This document shows positions 19,176 to 28,288 of a stretch of 47,814 nt of DNA, one piece after another. This stretch comes from Chloroflexota bacterium (GTDB taxonomy: Bacteria > Chloroflexota > Anaerolineae > Anaerolineales > UBA11858): assembly GCA_018263575.1 (NCBI GenBank), contig JAANWX010000056.1:1-47814 (forward strand), given 5' to 3'. The stretch's first letter is position 1. The number at the start of each line of letters is the position of its first letter. The notes beneath the pieces were generated by a model, which ran no database searches, was not told the DNA's origin, and was given only the letters and a program-made list of their open reading frames with translations. Position numbers and translations under genes: made by a program.

Positions 19176-20547
19176 GGGCGGTTTGGGCGTGATGAATGGT
19201 GGCGAGGGTGCGCTGCATTTCGTTGTTGATAATGGCAATACCTTCATCGATTCCCATGCCCGGTTTGGCCATGACCATCTCCGGGCGGGTTGCCAGGGCC
19301 ACGTGGGCCGAGACGCGCGCAGAGAGGTCGGTTTCGGCGCAGCTTCCGCCCAGAAAGGCTTTCACATCCCCCGCCTGACAGGCCAGAACAGCCTCTACTG
19401 CGTCACACACGCTTCCTAAATCGGGCATTTTAACCTGGATCATGTGGGCCGCTTTGGCCTCGATAAAGGCGCCAATATCCTCCAAGGTGTTGGCCCATTC
19501 GTCGGCCACGATTTCCACCTTCATTTTGCGAATGCGAAGATAATCCCGCAGGGTTTGCATGCTTTTAATGTGCGCCTGGCGGGTTTCCCCTATGAGCGGG
19601 CATTCCACGCGCAGGGGGTAGGGTTGGGCGGCTTGTTCCAGGGCCGAGAGCGCGCCCAGTACTCGTCCTAAATTATGGTCATAAATTTCTCCCAACGCGC
19701 CATGAACATCGAGGTGAATGGTAGGCACATACTCCTCTCCGCCCAACTCGTTAATGCGGGCGCTGAGCCAGCGGACATAACGGGTTAGGACAACGGCGTC
19801 CTGTCCGATGTGTTCGGGGATATTATCAACCAGCGAGTGGGGGAGGGAATCCACCCGTTTGGCAATCATTTTGTCGGCTCCGTCGTAGCGGTCGGCTCCA
19901 CATTGGGCGTGGATGGGGATGGGCGTTTGGGGGAGGGGCAGATTCCATTCCCGGCAGATGACCTCGGCCATGGTCGTGCCCTGGGCCAGGGCCACCGCTT
20001 GGAGCAGGGCCTGGCTGACCCCGTAGCGGATGGCGGTGTGCAGCGGCCTCTCCTCTGTGACGCGCTCGGTGGGGGGGGAGGGGTCGGGGTTGAGGAGGCG
20101 GGCCGGGGCCGTGAAAAGCTCGCGCCGGGAAAAACCATCCCCCGCCTTGCGTTTGGGCAATAGACGTTCAATTTCCATGCTTTCAGTGAGGGCATCCACC
20201 TCTGCGGCCAACGCCCGGAAAGAGGTGAGGGGACGGTTTTCCAGGAGCGGGGCCAGGCTGCGCTGGATAGTGGCCATTCCCTCCTGGGAGCGGAAAACCG
20301 GATCCCGCCCAGCCTTGCCGCTGAACTCCACGGCCACGCAATCCCCCCACGCCACGCGGCCATCGTCCAACACCAGTCCCACAGAAAGGGCTTCAGCAGG
20401 CTCGCGGACGCAGCGGAATCCGGGTGTGTGGGGTTGGGCGGTGTAGCGCTCGGCCACGGACATGGGTTGGGACTGGAGCGCGGCCAGGTCGTCGTAATAA
20501 TATCCGCCAAGGGCGGGGGTGGTGAGGATGCGAGTTATGCGTGTCAT
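19165..20547 (-). CDS. mal: Methylaspartate ammonia-lyase homolog (enolase superfamily) with variant active site and ~40-aa insertion
   Basis: GYYYDD, GDC..V..SG.AGRDP, LHTAIRYGVSQA, VADEW.NT, QVKMPDLG, AKPGMG.DEG. Confidence 0.88.
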   Translation of the reverse strand: MTRITRILTTPALGGYYYDDLAALQSQPMSVAERYTAQPHTPGFRCVREPAEALSVGLVLDDGRVAWGDCVAVEFSGKAGRDPVFRSQEGMATIQRSLAPLLENRPLTSFRALAAEVDALTESMEIERLLPKRKAGDGFSRRELFTAPARLLNPDPSPPTERVTEERPLHTAIRYGVSQALLQAVALAQGTTMAEVICREWNLPLPQTPIPIHAQCGADRYDGADKMIAKRVDSLPHSLVDNIPEHIGQDAVVLTRYVRWLSARINELGGEEYVPTIHLDVHGALGEIYDHNLGRVLGALSALEQAAQPYPLRVECPLIGETRQAHIKSMQTLRDYLRIRKMKVEIVADEWANTLEDIGAFIEAKAAHMIQVKMPDLGSVCDAVEAVLACQAGDVKAFLGGSCAETDLSARVSAHVALATRPEMVMAKPGMGIDEGIAIINNEMQRTLATIHHAQTAHEA

Positions 20548-20557
20548 AGGCAAATTT

Positions 20558-20692
20558 GAGTGGCGAGTGTGCGAGTGGCAAGTGGGCAGGTGGCAAGGGG
20601 CAAGTGGGCAGGTGGCAAGTGGCAAGGGGCGAGTGGGCAAGTGATAGCTGGTGCATTGCACTACCTGTATTTTGGGAGTGCGTTGCACCTTG
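20558..20692. repeat. Degenerate 7/8-mer tract (AAGTGGC/AAGTGGGC) followed by REP hairpin GGTGCATTGCACT...AGTGCGTTGCACC
   Basis: Read directly; the same hairpin recurs at 35452-35495. Confidence 0.75.
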
Positions 20693-20695
20693 CGT

Positions 20696-21724
20696 TTACG
20701 GCGCTATAACCACCCGCGTGTCGGAGCTGAAACTCTCCAGGCGGTCCATGGTCTCGTTGACAGCATCAGCATCCAGGGGTACGGTATCGCTGACCACGCC
20801 GGAAAGGTCTAGGGTGCCGCGCCGGGCCATTTCGATGAGGGTGGGCAATTCGCGGGCAAGATGGTCGGCCGAACCGATGATCTCCGCCTCCCGGCATATC
20901 ATTTCTTCATAAGCGTTGAATTGGGAGTTCTCATCGCTGAGGCCCACCATGACTGCTCGGCCAAAGACGGCCAACACCTCTATGGACTGGCGCACGGTGA
21001 GAGGCAGGCCGATCAGCTCCAGGGCTACGTCCACGCCACGGCCACCGGTGAGGCGTTTGATCTCCTCCACGGGGTCGGTTTCGGCAGCGTTGACCGGGAT
21101 GGCCCCAAATCCCTCGGCCGTTTTGAGCTTGGCTGGGTTAATGTCCACGGCGAAGGTGTCCAGCGCCCCAAAGGCCGGGGCCAACTGCACGGCGGACATT
21201 CCCAATCCGCCCACACCGAAGACGGCCACCGTATCTCCCGCGCTGACCCGTCCCTTGCGCAAGGCGTGGAATGAGGTCGCGGAGGAGCACATCATGATGG
21301 CCCCTTGCGCGAAGGGAATCTCTTCGGGGAGGAGAAAGGCGTTACGGGCTGGGATGAGGATATATTCGGCGTAGCCTCCGTTCCGGTTTTTGCCCAGCAT
21401 CTGGCCCGAGGCGCAAAATTGCTCGCTGCCCTGGGCGCAGTACGCGCAGTCTCCGCAGGTGACCATGTAATGGAGGCAGACCCGGTCGCCAATCTCTCGT
21501 GAGGTGACTTCTGCTCCTATCTCTTCGACGACGCCGGCCACCTCGTGACCCAGCGTGAGAGGGAGGGGGTTGACGGGCGAGACTCCGGCCCTATAGTGGG
21601 CGTCTGAGTGGCAGATGCCGGCCGCCTTGACGCGCACGAGCACATCTCTGGGGCCGGGTTCGGGCTTGGGTATTTCTTGGATTTCTAGGGGTTGATGGGG
21701 TTTTATGAGGCGAATGGCTTTCAT
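20696..21724 (-). CDS. Zinc-dependent alcohol dehydrogenase (MDR family)
   Basis: GICHSD, GHE, CGDCAYC..C, GVGGLG. Confidence 0.93.
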   Translation of the reverse strand: MKAIRLIKPHQPLEIQEIPKPEPGPRDVLVRVKAAGICHSDAHYRAGVSPVNPLPLTLGHEVAGVVEEIGAEVTSREIGDRVCLHYMVTCGDCAYCAQGSEQFCASGQMLGKNRNGGYAEYILIPARNAFLLPEEIPFAQGAIMMCSSATSFHALRKGRVSAGDTVAVFGVGGLGMSAVQLAPAFGALDTFAVDINPAKLKTAEGFGAIPVNAAETDPVEEIKRLTGGRGVDVALELIGLPLTVRQSIEVLAVFGRAVMVGLSDENSQFNAYEEMICREAEIIGSADHLARELPTLIEMARRGTLDLSGVVSDTVPLDADAVNETMDRLESFSSDTRVVIAP

Positions 21725-21809
21725 GGAAAACTCCGTGATGAGTAACGAGTAATGAGTAATGAGTGATGCATGACCCGTACCTTACGTTTTACTCATTACT
21801 CTTTACGCC

Positions 21810-22595
21810 CTACACATGCCCATAATAATCTCGATGGACTACCACCGAGTAGGCGTAGTCTAAAAGTGTGCCCCAGGTGAAGATGGGGATGTCGATTTGG
21901 TGTTGTATGGCGCGGGCAAAAGGCTGCATACCGGTGCATTCTAACATCATGGCGCCCATATTGGGATGGGCTTCGTAGAATTCCACGGCCACGGCCATAA
22001 ATTCCTCTTCGGCTTTGTCGTAATAGGCCTGGGGGGGATCGGGGCGTTTAGGTTTGTACCACAGATGCTCGAATTCCTCGCAGCGACCATCGTCCTCCGC
22101 TCCCTCAATGACGTAATTTGTGCCGGGGATGATGCCAACGGCGTCCAAATGGGCTTGGCGGAGTTGGGCCTTGCGGGCCGCCAAGATGCCGACAACCTGT
22201 TCAGGGCCAATGAGTTGTTGGGCAAAAGGGACTTGTAAAAGGCTGGACATGAAGACGGGCACGTCCACGTGTTTGGCGATGTCCTTTTGGAAGTAGGCAA
22301 AATAGCCGCATTCGGCGGCAATGGCCCGGCAGCCCATTGATTCTAGTTTTTTGGCGGCGCGTTGGATGGGCTCCAGGCAGGGAGATTTATCTTCCTCGTG
22401 AACTAAAGCCCAAATGTCTACGCCTTGGGCAATTTCGTATTGGATGGGAAAGGGAAATGCGCTGGCGTTGCGCACGTCGCCGGGGAAGCCGGGATAGACG
22501 TCATCCAGGATGATGATGCCTAGGCCCATGCCGTAACAGCGGTGGTCTTTGCGGGCTTTGATATGGTTGATTCCTAAATCTCGATTGCGGTACAT
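21810..22595 (-). CDS. Aspartate/glutamate/hydantoin racemase superfamily protein
   Basis: GIIILD..YPGFPGDV.NA..FPFP; two Cys motifs AECGYF and LECTGM; GGAGG RBS. Confidence 0.75.
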   Translation of the reverse strand: MYRNRDLGINHIKARKDHRCYGMGLGIIILDDVYPGFPGDVRNASAFPFPIQYEIAQGVDIWALVHEEDKSPCLEPIQRAAKKLESMGCRAIAAECGYFAYFQKDIAKHVDVPVFMSSLLQVPFAQQLIGPEQVVGILAARKAQLRQAHLDAVGIIPGTNYVIEGAEDDGRCEEFEHLWYKPKRPDPPQAYYDKAEEEFMAVAVEFYEAHPNMGAMMLECTGMQPFARAIQHQIDIPIFTWGTLLDYAYSVVVHRDYYGHV

Positions 22596-22669
22596 TTAAA
22601 CCTCCTTTGTGGATGTCGGAATTCGGATTGGAGAGACAATTACATATAATGCTCATAGGGGAACGCCAG

Positions 22670-22717
22670 TTCCCCGGACTCCACCCGCAGGATCTGGCGA
22701 TCCTGCTCGAGCGTGGT
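22670..22717. repeat. Dispersed repeat with GCAGGAT..ATCCTGC hairpin; second copy at 39344-39391
   Basis: TTCCCCG...CCGCAGGATnTGGCnATCCTGCTCGAGCGTGGT shared by both sites. Confidence 0.75.
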
Positions 22718-22873
22718 TCAGATTGGAGATTAGTTGGTGTATCCGTTCGGTGCAACCCCGCCAAAGGCGCACACCGTGAGGTCGTGCTACGCGAGGGACA
22801 CCTTCACTATCAATTCCTGAGGTTAGGATTGGTGATTAGCGAAAATTCGCGCAGATTGGTGGAAAGTGAAGTA

Positions 22874-24289
22874 TTAGCGGTTGACGATATTTTGGAGTGC
22901 GGTTTGGGTTTTTTCTGGCAAGGGTTCCGCGCGGTGGGTTTTTAGAATCTCTTTCACTTTTTGGTTGGCCCTTTCTTCTAAGGTTTCCTCTCCGGCCTCA
23001 GCCCAGCGCTGGTAGTCAAGGCGGTCTAGGAGGGTTGGTTGCCAGTCATCGTGGAGGTGATTAAAGGTATGATCCGCCTCCAAGAAGTATTCATCAGGGC
23101 CTAGTTCGTGGATTAAATCCAAGGCCAGGGTGTCTTCATTGATTTCCAGGGGGCTAAAGTAAGCTTCGAGCCAGGAGATGATCTCATCGGAGAGGGCTAC
23201 TAATTCCAGGGAGCCGGTCATGGCGCAGTCTAAGTAACCCACATCGTGGATGAGGTTAGCCCCGCCGAGGGTGTTGGTGAGTAGGGTGAGGGCAGCCTCG
23301 GTTGCGGCTTGGGTGTCAAAGATCTTTGAATCGCTGCAGCCGGCCGCGCCAAAGATGGGGATGCCGTAGTGATGGGCTAAGTCCCAACCGTACGGGCCGC
23401 CATCGGGGGCGTTGTAGAGGCTGATCAGGGTTTTCATATCCAGGGTGTTGCCACCGGGGTTGCTGCGCAAGAAAGGCGACCCTTCCCGTTTGAGCTGGGA
23501 AAGCACCAACCCGGCCAGTTGCCCGGCGTTACCCACGGCCAGCGCGCCGGCGGGGGTTATGGGAGATGTGGTGCCACGCGTGTTGCCGGGAGCGTAGATG
23601 GTGGGGATACCTCGTTCAGCCGCGTAGAGCAAGCGCTGGACGCTTTCTTTATTGTGTTGAAAAGCTGAAACCGCATTTACGTAGTTGATGATGAATGGAT
23701 ATTTTTGAAGGTTCTCTATCCCTTCACTCACTATTGAGGCCATTTCGATGGCGTGGATTGTACTAGCGGCTTCCATACCCACAAACACAATCGGTTTAAC
23801 GCTCTCCTGGAGCATGATGGCCATTTGTTGGCGTTCGTAACGATCGTCTGGGATATCGGAGGGCAAGAACATGGACATAATAAAGTCCAGGTTGGGCAGA
23901 GCGTCCACTAAACGCACGCCATTGACGACATCGTTCAGGACTGCTTTACGCCGCTGATTGGTGTTGATGTCATAGATATGCATGCAATCGGAGCCAGGAC
24001 CAAAATAGCTCCGGTACTCGCCTAACCCCATGGCGGGGTTCCCCTCTTGATTGTAGATAGCAATGTTTTTGGGCACGCAACGTAAAGCCCACTCCACTAA
24101 ATTTTGAGGAATGTGGACGATGTTCCCATCAGTGATGGTAGCGCCGCCTTTTTTGAATAGGCTAAGGGCTTCTTCATCGTGAAAGCGCATTCCAGTGTGC
24201 GACATGATTTCCAGGCTGGCCCTATGCAAGTGGGATATTTTGATGTTGCTTAAAGTTTTAAATTCGAGTTTTGCGTTTGTAATAGGCAT
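22874..24289 (-). CDS. MttB-superfamily methyltransferase, non-pyrrolysine, copy 4
   Basis: 471 aa; FGPGSD, LDMKT, GAAGCSDSKIFD, HDVGYLD. Confidence 0.9.
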   Translation of the reverse strand: MPITNAKLEFKTLSNIKISHLHRASLEIMSHTGMRFHDEEALSLFKKGGATITDGNIVHIPQNLVEWALRCVPKNIAIYNQEGNPAMGLGEYRSYFGPGSDCMHIYDINTNQRRKAVLNDVVNGVRLVDALPNLDFIMSMFLPSDIPDDRYERQQMAIMLQESVKPIVFVGMEAASTIHAIEMASIVSEGIENLQKYPFIINYVNAVSAFQHNKESVQRLLYAAERGIPTIYAPGNTRGTTSPITPAGALAVGNAGQLAGLVLSQLKREGSPFLRSNPGGNTLDMKTLISLYNAPDGGPYGWDLAHHYGIPIFGAAGCSDSKIFDTQAATEAALTLLTNTLGGANLIHDVGYLDCAMTGSLELVALSDEIISWLEAYFSPLEINEDTLALDLIHELGPDEYFLEADHTFNHLHDDWQPTLLDRLDYQRWAEAGEETLEERANQKVKEILKTHRAEPLPEKTQTALQNIVNR

Positions 24290-24340
24290 AGTTGGTTATA
24301 TGTAAGTAACTTGTATCATCTCAAAAAATAGGGGGCTGAT

Positions 24341-24446
24341 GTAGGGCGATTTGGTAAATCGCCTAGGCAAAGTGGAACTTTGCACCGAAATCACCATTTC
24401 GACCTACATTTCCCCGGAATATTGAGAAGTTACAGTAACTTCTCAA
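24341..24446. repeat. GTAG-type REP (GTAGGGCGATTTGGTAAATCGCC...CCTAC) plus perfect palindrome TTGAGAAGTTAC-A-GTAACTTCTCAA
   Basis: Read directly from the sequence. Confidence 0.65.
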
Positions 24447-24493
24447 AAAAGGGAGAACGGTAGCCGAGATTTTAGATCCAACATAGCAATGTC

Positions 24494-24524
24494 AAGGGAC
24501 AGGAGATGATCTCTCCTGTCCCTT
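24494..24524 (-). terminator. Hairpin downstream of the CBS gene, possible terminator
   Basis: AAGGGACAGGAGA-TGATC-TCTCCTGTCCCTT; no clear U tract. Confidence 0.5.
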
Positions 24525-24602
24525 TGAGGTAGAACTTTTTGCCCTGCTGGACATTCTTAACAGGGACCAGTGCAAGTAAGCGTGCTTACAGCCGATGTGC
24601 TT

Positions 24603-25250
24603 TCAGCGTACGTCGATGATCTCCTGGCCTTCAATTTGTTCCAAAGCAGCGACAACTTCTTCTTTGTCTCCACCTTGGATCTTGAGGACAGCATCCCAGT
24701 ACCCCGGTTGCTTTGGGGCGTCGTGTCCCCCACCGCCGTATATTCCCCATCCGTGCGAGGCGATCACGTCGGTGACCTTCGCGCTCTCTCCGACCTTGTC
24801 TGGCATACGAATAGTGACACGTACCCCTTGGACAGTCGCTCCCATGAGGTGGGCGAGATGAGCCAACATATCGGTATCGGTGATGATGCCACCCACAACG
24901 CCGTCCTCGAGGACAGGTAAGCAGCCAATTTTTTCTTCTAACATGATCTTGGCGGCGTCTTCGATGGTGATGTCACCTTCTGTGGTGATCAGGTCTTTGC
25001 CCTTTACCATCATGCCTTTGACTTTTAGGTCTGATAAAAGGCGGCTTATCTCCCAAACATTGAGACTGCCCAAATCAGATGGCGGAACGTGTAACTTTTC
25101 GCGGGTAATAAGACCCAGCAAACGTTTGCCATCACCGACGACAGGTAAGTGGCGAATGTTGTTTTCTGTCATGATATTTTGCGCCTCAGAGGCGTCTGTT
25201 TCAGGGGATATCATGATCGGATGTCGGGTCATGTAATCTTTAACTAACAT
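24603..25250 (-). CDS. AcuB-like CBS-pair + ACT domain protein
   Basis: MLVKDYMT, IRHLPVV, IGCLPV, GIITDTD, C-terminal ACT-like PDKVGE. Confidence 0.85.
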   Translation of the reverse strand: MLVKDYMTRHPIMISPETDASEAQNIMTENNIRHLPVVGDGKRLLGLITREKLHVPPSDLGSLNVWEISRLLSDLKVKGMMVKGKDLITTEGDITIEDAAKIMLEEKIGCLPVLEDGVVGGIITDTDMLAHLAHLMGATVQGVRVTIRMPDKVGESAKVTDVIASHGWGIYGGGGHDAPKQPGYWDAVLKIQGGDKEEVVAALEQIEGQEIIDVR

Positions 25251-27357
25251 GGTTAGAACCCTCCGGTTTTTGCGTGATAACAGGATCAAAGGTGTTCAAA
25301 GTTTCTAAGGGTATGTGGCAGAAGATACGATGTCCTTCGGCAGTTTCGCGCCAGGGGGGCATTTCTGTCTCGCAGATGGCCCCACCGTCGGGGAGCAATT
25401 CCCTACGAGGGCAGCGGGTGTGGAAGCGGCAACCGTCCGGGGGATTGATGGCGCTGGGGACGGTTCCCTCCAAGCGGATGTGCTTTTGCTCAGCCGAGGG
25501 ATCAGGGATCGGTACGGCTGAGAGCAAGGCCTCGCTGTAGGGATGGTAAGGCGGAGCATAAATGGCGTTGGCTGGGCCAATCTCCATGATTTGCCCCAGG
25601 TACATTACTGCTACCTGGTCGGAGAAGAAGCGCACCACGCTCAGGTCGTGAGCAATGAACATCATGGTTGTGTCATATTCCTGCTGAAGCTCCAATAACA
25701 GGTTGAGCAAAGCTGCCTGTACTGAAACGTCTAGGGCGCTAACAGGCTCATCACACAAGACCAGGTTGGGGTGACTGGCCAAAGCGCGGGCAATCCCTAC
25801 ACGTTGTTTCTCTCCCCCGCTGAGCTGACGCGGCAGGCGGTCATAGTAATTCTCTCCCAGCCGCATCGACTCTAGGAGTTTGATGACCTCTCCCCGAATC
25901 TCATCTTTAGGCACGGTGCTAAAACGCTTCATGGGTCGGCCTATCTGCTGCCCAACCGTGTAGGAGGGGTTCATAGTTGAGTCAGGGTTCTGGAAAACCA
26001 TCTGCAGTTCTTTGATAACATCTTCTCCGCGTGTTGAGATTTCATCGGTGATGTCAATCTCCATGAATTCCGCATGGCCTTCAGTGGTTTGCTCTAGTCC
26101 AATGATGGTCTTGATAAGAGTACTCTTCCCACAGCCAGATTCACCTACCACGCCTAAGGTTGTACCTCGTGGCAGATCAAAGTCGGCATTTTCAACTGCT
26201 TTAACATAACGTTGTTCACCGAGTCCTAAGATATCTTTCAGTGAACTACCTTGAACTTCGTAGTACTTTTTCAGATTATCCAATTTAAGGATAGGTTCTC
26301 GAGGGCTGGTGTCAGTAATGATTTCAGGTGGCAGGATATCGTCACTAGGAGACCATTTGTCAGCTTCAATCTCGCCAGCAAAATGGCAGCGGACAGATAC
26401 ACCACTAGAAAACTCAAGCAACTCAGGACGTTTATTGTGGCAAATCTCTCGGACGTAGTCACAACGAGGGCTGAAAACACAGCCTACGGGACGGTTATTG
26501 GGCGGCGGGACCCGTCCCCGGATGGGGTAGAGAATGCTGCTGGCTTTGTCTGCACCCAATTTGGGCACGCAGCGCATGAGTCCCTGTGTGTAGGGATGTT
26601 GAGGATCTTTGTAGATATCTTCCACGGTGCCCCGTTCAACCATCTCGCCGGCATACATCACCCCAACCCGCGTGGAAACGCGAGCCACTACGCCCAGGTT
26701 ATGGGTAATGTACATGATTGCTGTGTCAAACTCTCGCCGCAGATCAGCGATCAAGTCCAACACGACGGCTTCTACAGTCACATCTAACGCGGTGGTGGGT
26801 TCGTCCATGATCAGTAAGGCTGGGTTATTGAGCAAGGCGGTGGCGATGACCACACGCTGCTGCTGACCGCCTGAAATTTGGTGCGGATAACGATTCATGA
26901 CGTTGGCCGCATCGGGCATATACACCCGCTCTAACATTTCAATGCAACGTTTCTCAGCCTCTTTTTTATCCATATCACGATGCACCGTTAACACCTCTGA
27001 CATCTGGTCGCCCAGGCGCATAGAAGGGTTAAGGGCCTGCATGGGATCTTGGTAGACCATGGCAATTTGGTCACCCCGCAACCGGCGGAGTTCCTCTCCG
27101 GTTACGCCGACTAATTCTTGGCCTTGGAATTTGATGCTGCCACGTTTTACGTATCCATTGGCTCCCAAAAAGTTAAGTACAGCCCAGGCAACGGTACTTT
27201 TCCCACAGCCTGATTCTCCTACGATGCCGTGGGTTTCACCGCGGTTGATTTCAAAAGAGACGTTTTGAACGGCCTCAATTTCGCCGCCGCGTATTTTATA
27301 AGCAACCGCTACATCTTCAAGTATTAGAACAGGAGGTGCTTTTTTTAAGTTATTCAT
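25240..27357 (-). CDS. Fused OppD/OppF-type ABC ATPase
   Basis: Two GESGCGKST Walker A motifs, ISGGQQQR and LSGGEKQR, Cys-rich C-terminal oligo_HPY motifs. Confidence 0.95.
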   Translation of the reverse strand: MNNLKKAPPVLILEDVAVAYKIRGGEIEAVQNVSFEINRGETHGIVGESGCGKSTVAWAVLNFLGANGYVKRGSIKFQGQELVGVTGEELRRLRGDQIAMVYQDPMQALNPSMRLGDQMSEVLTVHRDMDKKEAEKRCIEMLERVYMPDAANVMNRYPHQISGGQQQRVVIATALLNNPALLIMDEPTTALDVTVEAVVLDLIADLRREFDTAIMYITHNLGVVARVSTRVGVMYAGEMVERGTVEDIYKDPQHPYTQGLMRCVPKLGADKASSILYPIRGRVPPPNNRPVGCVFSPRCDYVREICHNKRPELLEFSSGVSVRCHFAGEIEADKWSPSDDILPPEIITDTSPREPILKLDNLKKYYEVQGSSLKDILGLGEQRYVKAVENADFDLPRGTTLGVVGESGCGKSTLIKTIIGLEQTTEGHAEFMEIDITDEISTRGEDVIKELQMVFQNPDSTMNPSYTVGQQIGRPMKRFSTVPKDEIRGEVIKLLESMRLGENYYDRLPRQLSGGEKQRVGIARALASHPNLVLCDEPVSALDVSVQAALLNLLLELQQEYDTTMMFIAHDLSVVRFFSDQVAVMYLGQIMEIGPANAIYAPPYHPYSEALLSAVPIPDPSAEQKHIRLEGTVPSAINPPDGCRFHTRCPRRELLPDGGAICETEMPPWRETAEGHRIFCHIPLETLNTFDPVITQKPEGSNHVS

Positions 27358-27367
27358 TGTCTCCTCC

Positions 27368-28276
27368 TTATTTTTGATACCTGGTCATCTCTTCACGTAA
27401 ACCATCTGCAAAGAGATTTAAGCCGATAACCAGGGTGGCAATGGCCAGTGCCGGCCATATTACGGCTAACTGATTAGAAAAGATATTTCGGCGAGCCTCG
27501 TTGACCATATTGCCCCAATCGGGATCGGGTGGCGGAAGTCCAATGCCTAAGAATCCGAGGGTGCCGATGGCGAAGATTGCATACCCTACTCGCAGCATGC
27601 CATCCACCAAAAGCGGGCCACTAGCGTTAGGTAATATTTCTTTGAACATAATATACCAAACACTCTCGCCTCGAGTCTCGGCGGCACGGATATAGTCACG
27701 GGTTTTTATATCCATGGCCAAACTGCGTGCCAAGCGCGCTACGCCCGGTGCGCCGGTGATGCTGATGGCCAGGATGACCACCAAGTCACCTTGGCCCAAG
27801 GCGGCGATGACCACCAGGTAGAGTACGATGCGTGGGAAAGCAATTAGGGCATCAAGGATTTGCATGATGACTTGATCCCACCATCCTCCTCTGTATCCAG
27901 CGTTGAGGCCCATGGTTACTCCTAAAGCCATTGAACCTATCACGCCCCAAATAGCTACTCCTCCAGGGATGATAATGTTTCCTTCTCCTGGAAGACGGGT
28001 CTTAAGAAGTACCACCTGGGTTCCTTTCATGAGGCGGGAGAAAATATCCCGCCCTAGGTGGTCCGTGCCCAACCAGTTTTGTGGGTTGGGGCCTAGATTT
28101 TGAAGGAAATCAGAAGCATTGTAGTCGTAAGGTGTCCAGAAGAGGGAGATAAAGGCCAAAACCAGCCAAAATAGGACCATGATGCTACCGACTGTAGCTA
28201 CCCGAGATGCGAGTATGAGTGATACGCTATCCCAAAACTTTTGGAGTCGGGATTTTTTCTTTGTTTTTGCTTTCAT
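27368..28276 (-). CDS. OppC/DppC-type ABC permease
   Basis: WLGTDHLGRD, EILPN, LGFLGIG.PPP.PDWG. Confidence 0.92.
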   Translation of the reverse strand: MKAKTKKKSRLQKFWDSVSLILASRVATVGSIMVLFWLVLAFISLFWTPYDYNASDFLQNLGPNPQNWLGTDHLGRDIFSRLMKGTQVVLLKTRLPGEGNIIIPGGVAIWGVIGSMALGVTMGLNAGYRGGWWDQVIMQILDALIAFPRIVLYLVVIAALGQGDLVVILAISITGAPGVARLARSLAMDIKTRDYIRAAETRGESVWYIMFKEILPNASGPLLVDGMLRVGYAIFAIGTLGFLGIGLPPPDPDWGNMVNEARRNIFSNQLAVIWPALAIATLVIGLNLFADGLREEMTRYQK

Positions 28277-28288
28277 AATCTCCTCTCC

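Noticed and set aside
20548-20688. N-terminal ORF extensions in the track (mal from 20688, XDH from 19247, mttB from 37635, CBS from 25289, 45888)
   Set aside because: They run through repeats or neighbouring genes; family-consistent starts, several with a clear RBS, lie downstream.
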